A stretch of DNA of 32,000 bases, taken from positions 4,170,001 through 4,202,000 of the forward strand of contig NZ_CP080507.1 of the NCBI RefSeq assembly GCF_019464535.1. The letters run 5' to 3'. Position 1 is the first letter of the stretch, and every line of letters begins with the position of its first letter. Position numbers and translations under genes: made by a program. The stretch comes from Horticoccus luteus (lineage in GTDB: Bacteria > Verrucomicrobiota > Verrucomicrobiia > Opitutales > Opitutaceae). Under the pieces are notes generated by a model. It was not told the origin of the DNA, made no database searches, and worked only from the letters and a program-made list of their open reading frames with translations. Positions 16,172 to 23,359 of this stretch are shown here, piece after piece.

Positions 16172-17254
16172 TCAGAGCGGAGGGAGGCACTCGAGGATGG
16201 CCGCGTTTCCTTGGGGCTCGAAGTGCACTCCGCCAAGTCCGGCGGGACAGAAGAATTTGTCATAGCGTTTCAGTTGGAAAGTTTCTCCGCCGACCGTCGC
16301 CGTGCACGCGCCCTCGGTGACGATGCCGATATAAAAGCCGCCCTCGGCTTTGGTGACCGCTTCGCGCAGATGCGTCTTGTGCACGCGGAAGCACGGCGTG
16401 TTCGCCGGCCCGATGAGCTGGTCCTGCCAGGAGTGGGCGCCGAGTGACCGGATTCGCGTGGGCTCACAGCGGTGATTGCGATCGATCACCGCGCGCGGAT
16501 AGGCGGTGAAATCGATCATCGAGAGGCCGAAGTCGATGCCACGCCCCATGAACCGCGCTGCCTCGGGCAGCACGTAACCGGCGCGCTCGAACTCGTAACG
16601 CACGGCGAAATCCGTCGGCTCTTGGATCTCGATCATGAACACGCCTTCGCCCAACGCGTGCGGAAATCCCCCGGGGATCAACAGCGTGTCGCCCGGCTGC
16701 ACGGGAATTTTCTCGAAGCAGCGCTCCAGCGCCGCGACATCCTGCGTCTCGATCCATTCTTTTAACTGCGCAGGCGTGGGCGGGTGTTGAAACCCGAGAT
16801 ACGCATAAGGCTCCGTGACGCCTTCACGCACGCCGAGCACGTGATACGCCTCGGTTTTGCCGAGCGGCGAATTGAGAAAGCGCCGTGCGAAGTCACGCGA
16901 CGGATGCACTTGAAAGTGCAGGCGCACCGCCGAATCGAGAAACTTGACGAGCAGCATCGGCGCAGTGCCGTAACGCGCGACATGCGCCGCACCCAGGAAG
17001 TAGTCCGGATCGGCTTCGACGAGCTCGCGCAAGTCGCGCCGTTCGCCGCCGACGATCACTTGGGAAACGCCTTCGCGCAGGTGTTCGCGGCCCGGAATTG
17101 TCGACGACGTGACCGAGCCGATCCAGTCCTCGGCCATGCTCGAATCGCGCGGCTCGGCGACGCCGGCGAGGCGGTCGAGCGTGGCGCCACCGGGGTAAGT
17201 GCGCCAGACGCGATTGGGCGGGAGGAGGATGAGTTTATGGCGTGGGTCGGACAT
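16172..17254 (-). CDS. class I mannose-6-phosphate isomerase-like cupin sugar isomerase
   Basis: The start was trimmed to ATG at 17254 (MSDPRHKLILLPPNRVWRTYPGG). Type-I PMI signatures are present: EDWIGS, LLVKFLDSAVRLHFQVHP and GKTEAYHVLG (Zn-ligand context). The C-terminal cupin is IPGGFPHALGEGVFMIEIQEPTD. Confidence 0.75.
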   Translation of the reverse strand: MSDPRHKLILLPPNRVWRTYPGGATLDRLAGVAEPRDSSMAEDWIGSVTSSTIPGREHLREGVSQVIVGGERRDLRELVEADPDYFLGAAHVARYGTAPMLLVKFLDSAVRLHFQVHPSRDFARRFLNSPLGKTEAYHVLGVREGVTEPYAYLGFQHPPTPAQLKEWIETQDVAALERCFEKIPVQPGDTLLIPGGFPHALGEGVFMIEIQEPTDFAVRYEFERAGYVLPEAARFMGRGIDFGLSMIDFTAYPRAVIDRNHRCEPTRIRSLGAHSWQDQLIGPANTPCFRVHKTHLREAVTKAEGGFYIGIVTEGACTATVGGETFQLKRYDKFFCPAGLGGVHFEPQGNAAILECLPPL

Positions 17255-17265
17255 GGCGAAAGAGA

Positions 17266-18021
17266 TCAGATGACGGCGGAGAGTCCGCCATCGACGGTGA
17301 GAATCTGCCCGTTGATGAAATCGGCCGCGGGCGAAGCGAGAAACACCGCCGCGCCGGCGAGATCGGCCACGCTGCCCCAGCGACCGGCGGGCGTGCGGGC
17401 TTTGATCCACGCGTCGAATTTGGCGTCGGCCGCGAGCGGTTGCGTGAGTTCGGTGAGGATGTAGCCGGGCGCGAGCGCGTTGACTTGCACGTTATGCTGG
17501 GCCCACTCGGCGCACATCGCCCGCGTGAGCATTTTCAATCCACCCTTCGCGGCCGCGTAGTTGCCGGTGGTGGGCCGAGCGAGGTCGCTCATGAGGGAGC
17601 AGACGTTGATAATCTTGCCGGTGCGGCGCGTGATCATGCCGGGCGCAACAGCACGGGCGACGAGGAACGCACTGGTAAGGTTCGTCTTCAACACCGCCTC
17701 CCAATCGGCGAGCGGCATCGTCTCGAGCGGTCCGCGGCGATGGATGCCGGTGTTGTTAACCAAGATGTCGATCGCGCCGAGCGAGGCGGACGCGGCGACC
17801 ACGGCGGCTTCGTCCGTGACGTCGAAGGCGTGCGTGTGCACCTCGATCGACTCCGCGCGCAACGATTCCGCGGCGGCGGCGAGGCGCGCCGGATCGCGGC
17901 CGTTGAGCACGACGGTGGCGCCTGCCTGGGCAAGGGCGCGCGCGAGTGCGAGGCCGATTCCCTGCGAGGAACCGGTGACGAGCGCGCGGCGCCCGGTGAG
18001 AGCGAATGGCGAAGCCGGCAT
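17266..18021 (-). CDS. SDR-family oxidoreductase, KduD / gluconate-5-dehydrogenase-like
   Basis: 251 aa. The cofactor motif is TGSSQGIGLALA. NNTGI is present, the catalytic Y..xK is in NYAAAKGG, and NVQVNALAPGYILTE follows. The classical SDR length fits. Confidence 0.9.
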   Translation of the reverse strand: MPASPFALTGRRALVTGSSQGIGLALARALAQAGATVVLNGRDPARLAAAAESLRAESIEVHTHAFDVTDEAAVVAASASLGAIDILVNNTGIHRRGPLETMPLADWEAVLKTNLTSAFLVARAVAPGMITRRTGKIINVCSLMSDLARPTTGNYAAAKGGLKMLTRAMCAEWAQHNVQVNALAPGYILTELTQPLAADAKFDAWIKARTPAGRWGSVADLAGAAVFLASPAADFINGQILTVDGGLSAVI

Positions 18022-18040
18022 GCGCGAAGGGACGTCGGCG

Positions 18041-20464
18041 TTAAAACGTGAGGTCGTAGGTGAACGTCACGCCGCGGCGCGGCCCGAGTCCGCCGGAACC
18101 GTAGGTGTAAACGTCGTCGAAGACGTTGACGACGTTGACCTGCACCTTGTGCCGGAAGCGACGGTTGCGGAGGCGGAATTTGTAGCCGATGCCAGCATCC
18201 CAGACATGAAACGGCGCGTTGAAGATCGCTTCGCGGCCATCGTCCACGCGGTAGGAGCCGGTCGTCATCACGGCATCCTCGGGCATGTCGGGGTTGATGA
18301 GGAGGCCGTTGGGCAGACGTTTATTGAGGACCGGATTCGACGCGGTGGCGTTCAGGTTGCGGCCGGTGGACGGGTTGATGAGCGACTCGCTGTTGTATTT
18401 GAAACCGGCGGTGAGATAGAGGCCTTTCAAGCCGCCGTCCTTGAATTCATATTTTGTGCCAAGACCGACGGTGTATTCAGGCGTGCGGCGCGTGGACGTG
18501 CCGATCAGATGGCGCGCGGTGGCATTCGAGACGACAATCGACTCGGTTTTCCCGAGGCCGCCGAAGAATTGCAGCGAAGGAGTGACGCTCCAGTTGTAAT
18601 CGAGTTCGTAGCCTTTGGCCGCTTCCTCGCCCGACAGGTAGGTGATCGCGGTGCCGGTCGTGGAGTCGGTCGCATCACGCGCGATGTTGTGCCGCGTGAT
18701 GTCGAAGTAGCCGAGGGTGAACGTCAGCCTATCGTGCAGAAACGAGCCCTTGAGTCCGAACTCGTGGCCTTCACCGGTTTCGTTGGGCAGCGCGAATTGT
18801 TGATACGTCACCGGGTTCGTGCCGAAACCGAGCTGCGGCACGAAGGACGAGCTGGCGTTAACATAGGCGGTGAGTTGCGGGATAATTTGGAAATTCACGC
18901 CGGTCTGGTAAGTGAGCGAATGCGTGCGCTGCTCGATGTCGGCGACGTAGGCGGCGTTGGTCGCACTGGAGGCGCGGTAGAGCGGCAGCGTGCGCGAGTG
19001 GTTGAAGACGCTGTCGTAGCGCCCGCCGACCAAGGCGATCACCCGGCCGTTCCAGAAGGACGCACGCTCGCTGACGAAGAGTCCGTAAACATCGAGCACG
19101 TTATCCTCGTTCTGGCTGGCGGTGTAGGTCCCCGGCTTTTCGCTGAACGTGTAGAAGCGATAATCAGGATTGGCCGGATCGAGGCCGTTCGCCAGCACAG
19201 TGGAATCGCCCGGGAAGGAGGCGATGGAGCCGTTGAACTGCTGCGGCTGTTCCGTCTGGCGCTGCCAGTCGAGCGTGATGAGCAGCTTGTGTTTGACCGC
19301 GCCGGTATCGAACGCCGCGAGCATGTCGTTTTGCCAGCCCGCGCCGCCTTCGCCGAACGGCCGCAGGCGCGGCACATAGCTCGTGGAATTACTCAGGCGC
19401 TTCGTCACCGGATTATATTGATCGCGTCCGGCGACTTCCTGCCGCTCCAAGTCGCGATCGAACCAATTGACCGAGCTGCGGAACGAAAAAACATCACTGA
19501 TCCGCCGCTCGAACGTCGCCGTGAGCGTGTTCACATAACGTTTCGAATAGTTGAGCGGCCCCTGCACGTTGAACTCGAGAAGGTTGGTGGCGAGACCGAC
19601 GTAGCGGTTGTAGGTGCGCGGTCCGGAGTTGGTCGGCTTGCGATACGGATCAGGCGTGCCGGGTTGGATGACGAAAGGCGTGTTGGCGTTGGCTTCTTCG
19701 TTGCGCACGAGGCGTTCGGCCTCGAACAACCAGCTCGTCGCGGCGTTGGGTTTCCATTGGAGCTGGACCGCGCCGGTATATTGCTCCTTGTGCTTGTAGG
19801 CTTGGTCGTAGGCGCGTTGATCGTCCGCCACATCCACGCGGTAGAAGACATTTTTGCTCGTGCCCACGGGCCCGGTCGCCGACGCCTGCGCGCGCAGGGC
19901 GTCTTTTGAACCGACGGAAAAGCCCACGCGGTATTCCGGCTTCGCCTTCGGTTTTTTCGTGACGATGTTGACGATGCCGCCTGGCAGCGTGGCGCCATAG
20001 ATGGAGGCCGCCGGCCCCTTGATGACCTCGGCGCGGTCCACGTTGACCTTGTCGATGAGGCCGATGCGGCGAAAGCCGTTGCGCAACTGCACGTCCGCCT
20101 CGAAGCCGCGCACGGAATAGCCCGTGGAAATGGTTTCGTAGGCGATGACGTTGCTCGTGTAGGCAAACTGGTCGCCAAATTCGAGCGCGTTGAAATCGTC
20201 CATGAACTCGCCGGTGACCACGTTCACCGAAAACGGCAGGTCCTTGATCTTGCTCGCGACGCGCGTGCCCGTCGTGGATTCAGCCGCCATGTAGTCACTC
20301 GGCGTCGTTTCCGTGACGCTGAATTCAGGCAGGGTGGTGATTTCGTCGGACGAGTCGTCGTCTGCATGCGCGGCGGGGGCCGCAGCCGGGGTTTGGGCGA
20401 GCACGGTGGCAGCGAGGAAGCTGCCCAGACCGAACCAGCGAAGAATGGGGTGACGAGATTTCAT
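18041..20464 (-). CDS. TonB-dependent outer-membrane receptor
   Basis: The start was trimmed to ATG at 20464 (MKSRHPILRWFGLGSFLAATVLAQT signal peptide). A TonB-box-like ITTLPEFSVTE is present. The plug motifs are RVEVIKGPAS-type (RAEVIKGPAASIYG) and GGIVNIVTKKP. The terminal beta strand is ..GVTFTYDLTF with a C-terminal Phe. Confidence 0.9.
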   Translation of the reverse strand: MKSRHPILRWFGLGSFLAATVLAQTPAAAPAAHADDDSSDEITTLPEFSVTETTPSDYMAAESTTGTRVASKIKDLPFSVNVVTGEFMDDFNALEFGDQFAYTSNVIAYETISTGYSVRGFEADVQLRNGFRRIGLIDKVNVDRAEVIKGPAASIYGATLPGGIVNIVTKKPKAKPEYRVGFSVGSKDALRAQASATGPVGTSKNVFYRVDVADDQRAYDQAYKHKEQYTGAVQLQWKPNAATSWLFEAERLVRNEEANANTPFVIQPGTPDPYRKPTNSGPRTYNRYVGLATNLLEFNVQGPLNYSKRYVNTLTATFERRISDVFSFRSSVNWFDRDLERQEVAGRDQYNPVTKRLSNSTSYVPRLRPFGEGGAGWQNDMLAAFDTGAVKHKLLITLDWQRQTEQPQQFNGSIASFPGDSTVLANGLDPANPDYRFYTFSEKPGTYTASQNEDNVLDVYGLFVSERASFWNGRVIALVGGRYDSVFNHSRTLPLYRASSATNAAYVADIEQRTHSLTYQTGVNFQIIPQLTAYVNASSSFVPQLGFGTNPVTYQQFALPNETGEGHEFGLKGSFLHDRLTFTLGYFDITRHNIARDATDSTTGTAITYLSGEEAAKGYELDYNWSVTPSLQFFGGLGKTESIVVSNATARHLIGTSTRRTPEYTVGLGTKYEFKDGGLKGLYLTAGFKYNSESLINPSTGRNLNATASNPVLNKRLPNGLLINPDMPEDAVMTTGSYRVDDGREAIFNAPFHVWDAGIGYKFRLRNRRFRHKVQVNVVNVFDDVYTYGSGGLGPRRGVTFTYDLTF

Positions 20465-22215
20465 GAGAGAGAGGGAGAACGGGTCGAGGAACGTAGCAGG
20501 AGCGCACCCACGCCGGCGACCAGCGCGCCGCAACCGACGAACGCGAGCCGCCCGAGCGCAGGATTGGGAATCAATGCGAGCACGGTCACGAAGCCGCCAT
20601 ACGCGAGGCAGAGCCAACCGATCGCGCGCGACTGCCGGGAGTCGTTCGCCGCGGCGGCTCCTTCCTCGCGGGCGAAATCGACCGGAGTGTTGAGCTTGAC
20701 GAAAAAGGTGTCGATTTCGGCCCGCTGCGAGGCCGCCGAGCGGGACCAGAAAAGCTTCGTGCCAATGAACCACGCCGACCCCACGACGACGTTGCCGAAA
20801 AACTGAATGCCTTGCGTCCAGTATTCGCGCGAGGTGGCGTCGAGCGGCTGCGTCGTCCCGAAAAAGTGCGCCGCCCAATCCGGCGTGAGCACATCGCTGA
20901 TAAACATCGAACACAGGAAACCGACCAACACAGTCGTCCACGCCGACCACGGCGGCGTATGCTTGATCAGCAAGCCCAGCAGCAGGGGCACGATGATCGG
21001 AATCGCGACGAGAATGCTCACGCGCTGCATCAGCAGGAAAAGTCCAAGGCCCTTCAACTCGCTCATCTTCAGCGCCGCGCCAATCACGATGACGCCCAGA
21101 ATCGCCGTCGTCAGTTTGCCGACTTTGAGCAGGTGGCGGTCCGGGGCCGTCGGCTGGAAGTAGGGTTGATAAAAATTCTTGATGAAGATGCCGGCGTTTT
21201 TATTCAGCCCGGAATCCATCGACGACATCGTCGCCGCGAAAATACCGCTCACCAACAGGCCCATCATCCCCACCGGGAGCACCGCCCGCGAGATCGCGAT
21301 AAACGCCGCCTCGCTCGGCGTCTGCAGCGCCGGGAACATCGCGCCCAGGTCCGGGAAGAGCACGCGCGCCGCCATCGGAGGCACGAACCAGATGAAGAGC
21401 CCAAAGACAAACAGCCCCGCGCCGAGCAGCGCCGCCCACCGCGCGTGCCGGCTGTCCTTCACGCACAGGTAGCGGTTCGCGTCGAAGAGGTTGTTGGTGG
21501 AATTGATCTGTTTGAGCAGCATCGCGAGACACCACCACCCGAGAAACTCCCTCGAGAAAATCTGCCCCACCTCGAGGTGGCCCGGCGGCAGTTTCGCGAC
21601 AAAAGCCGACCATCCGCCGATCTTCACGAGCGCCAGCACGCTCACCGCGAGACACACGGGCATCAACACGAGCACCTGGATGAAGTCGCTCGCCAGCACG
21701 GCCCAGCTCCCGCCGATCAACGCCATGAAAAGCACGAGCAATCCCGTGAGGATGATCGTGAGATGCAGATCGAGCCCAAACACTGCCGAAAAGAAGATGC
21801 CCAACGCGTTGAGCCAGATGCCCGCCTGGAGCGTGCCGAGCGGAATCTGCAACCAGGTAAACATCTGCTCGCTCGTCCGGCCAAAGCGCTGGCGGATCGC
21901 CTCGACCGCCGTCACCACGCGCAGTTGCCGGAAGCGCGGCGCGAAATACCAGGCGCTGATCAAAAACCCGATCGAGTTCGCCACGTAGATCGCCATGATC
22001 GGCCAGCCCGTCGCATACGCCTGCGACGCCGCCCCGGTGAACGTCCACGCGCTGAAGCTCACCATGAACGCCGAGCCGCCCACCATCCACCACAACGCCT
22101 TCCCGCCACCCCGAAAGTAGTCGCTGACGTTGTGCACGAACCGCCGAAATACCCAGCTGATCACCGCCATGAAGGCGAAGTAGATGCCAAGAACGGCGTA
22201 GTCGTAGTGAGTCAC
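20461..22215 (-). CDS. sodium:solute symporter (SSS) family transporter
   Basis: 584 aa, GTG start at 22215, about 13-14 TM segments. The N-terminus YFRGGGKALWWMVGGSAFMVSFSAWTFTGAAS is typical of the SSS family. Its TGA stop (20461-20463) overlaps the receptor ATG (20462-20464) as ATGA. Confidence 0.9.
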   Translation of the reverse strand: MTHYDYAVLGIYFAFMAVISWVFRRFVHNVSDYFRGGGKALWWMVGGSAFMVSFSAWTFTGAASQAYATGWPIMAIYVANSIGFLISAWYFAPRFRQLRVVTAVEAIRQRFGRTSEQMFTWLQIPLGTLQAGIWLNALGIFFSAVFGLDLHLTIILTGLLVLFMALIGGSWAVLASDFIQVLVLMPVCLAVSVLALVKIGGWSAFVAKLPPGHLEVGQIFSREFLGWWCLAMLLKQINSTNNLFDANRYLCVKDSRHARWAALLGAGLFVFGLFIWFVPPMAARVLFPDLGAMFPALQTPSEAAFIAISRAVLPVGMMGLLVSGIFAATMSSMDSGLNKNAGIFIKNFYQPYFQPTAPDRHLLKVGKLTTAILGVIVIGAALKMSELKGLGLFLLMQRVSILVAIPIIVPLLLGLLIKHTPPWSAWTTVLVGFLCSMFISDVLTPDWAAHFFGTTQPLDATSREYWTQGIQFFGNVVVGSAWFIGTKLFWSRSAASQRAEIDTFFVKLNTPVDFAREEGAAAANDSRQSRAIGWLCLAYGGFVTVLALIPNPALGRLAFVGCGALVAGVGALLLRSSTRSPSLS

Positions 22216-22239
22216 AGGGGAAGAGGGGCCGAAGGTAAC

Positions 22240-22251
22240 TGATAAATATTA
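22240..22251 (-). promoter_or_regulatory. AT-rich 12-mer TAATATTTATCA (minus-strand reading), 24 nt upstream of symporter GTG
   Basis: The plus strand reads tgataaatatta, the exact reverse complement of 23338-23349. Confidence 0.5.
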
Positions 22252-22405
22252 GTTCGGGTGTCGGCCGCCCGGGTCAAGCCCCTTCCGCGCGTTTCTGCCC
22301 CGCCCTGGGTTAAGTTTCCGCCTCGGGCACCCGATGCTTCCGGATCAACGCTGGCCGCTGCCCGCTGGAAAGGTTTATCTCGATCCGAAGGGTGGGAACT
22401 GCGGA

Positions 22406-22417
22406 TAATAGTTATCA
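22406..22417 (+). promoter_or_regulatory. AT-rich 12-mer TAATAGTTATCA, 140 nt upstream of 22558 gene
   Basis: Matches 11/12 positions of TAATATTTATCA. It is embedded in the dyad GATAA-N3-TTATC (22404-22416). Confidence 0.45.
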
Positions 22418-22557
22418 TGTTTTGAGTTGCCGCCAAAGCCGGTCCCGCGAAAGGTGGGCCGCGTTACGCTGCGGAATTTCACCGCCCCACTCGTGTTCGG
22501 CCCTCACCCGCCACCGGCCCGCGGTTCGATCGTTGGCCATCCTGGCTTCCCCTCTCC

Positions 22558-23226
22558 ATGAAACTGCTCCTCCTCGCCCTCGCCCTCACCAGCGTCTCCG
22601 CTTTGGCTGCGCCCAAGAATCAACTGCAAAACGCCGATTTCTCGAAACTCAAACCCGGCGCGGCGCCGGGCAAGCCGTGGCACACGAGTGGTCCGGCGGA
22701 AGGCGTCGAGGTGGCGGCTGGCTCCCCCGATGCGGCGACGGGCTCCGGCTGGGTTCATTTGCGCGACGACAGCGCGGAGGCTGGCGCCACCCTGCGGCAA
22801 TCATTCAACGCGATGCCGTCCGGCAGCCTTTCGTTGAAGCTTCACGCCGCTCCGACGCACCATGCTCCGGTGGGCATTTACCTTGGCACCGGCGCCGTTT
22901 CTTCGCCCGAGGACCGCGTCATCGAGTTGAAGACGAATGGGCGCGGCGTTTTCCAAATCGGCAGTGCCGGTGAACGTGAAGCATCCCCGATCACGCTCGT
23001 GCCGGGAGTGACCACGTGGCTGTTCGTGCAGTGGAAACCGAATTCCGCAGGCGACAACCTTGATGTGGTTTATGGCACCGTGGACAACAACGGCCAGCTG
23101 CTCACCAGCCAACGGCTGCAACTCCCGGTGAAGCCGGACCCGATTTCCGCGCTGCGCATCACGACCGACAAGTCGGCGTCCGGCGCGGATTTTTACGTCA
23201 CCGATCTGCGAGTGATGTCGCTTTAA
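22558..23226 (+). CDS. small secreted hypothetical protein, distant X-module-like
   Basis: 222 aa. The signal peptide is MKLLLLALALTSVSALAAP. The terminal strand ADFYVTDLRV resembles the SDSF(T/S)(V/I)DD(L/V)(K/Q)(V/I) ending of the X-modules. I recognise no other family. Confidence 0.6.
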   Translation: MKLLLLALALTSVSALAAPKNQLQNADFSKLKPGAAPGKPWHTSGPAEGVEVAAGSPDAATGSGWVHLRDDSAEAGATLRQSFNAMPSGSLSLKLHAAPTHHAPVGIYLGTGAVSSPEDRVIELKTNGRGVFQIGSAGEREASPITLVPGVTTWLFVQWKPNSAGDNLDVVYGTVDNNGQLLTSQRLQLPVKPDPISALRITTDKSASGADFYVTDLRVMSL

Positions 23227-23337
23227 TAGAGTGCCGCTGCGCCGCGGTTCGCTGCCTTCGGCCGACGATTCCGCGGTGACCGTTCTGCGTTTATTCTCCT
23301 AAAAATCCGCTCAGACGTATTTTCGTTGAAAATAAAG

Positions 23338-23349
23338 TAATATTTATCA
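23338..23349 (+). promoter_or_regulatory. AT-rich 12-mer TAATATTTATCA, 10 nt upstream of GTG 23360
   Basis: Read directly. It is identical, in gene-relative orientation, to the copy at 22240-22251. Confidence 0.5.
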
Positions 23350-23359
23350 ACTTAGCGCG

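Noticed and set aside
17561-19909. Very long ORFs antisense to real genes: 782 aa here, and also 1349-2506, 3498-5303, 4109-5740, 6175-7206, 7984-9051, 10736-11848, 11903-12778, 13291-14136, 14209-15570, 20812-22242, 24863-25768, 25368-26600 and 27449-29683
   Set aside because: This is the typical high-GC artefact. The translations are Arg/Gly/Ala/Pro-rich and low-complexity, with no recognisable motifs. Each is fully shadowed by a strongly supported gene on the opposite strand.
20465-20950. 162-aa N-terminal extension of the TonB-receptor ORF
   Set aside because: It lies entirely inside the symporter coding region in another frame. The signal peptide starts at ATG 20464, which forms an ATGA overlap with the symporter stop.
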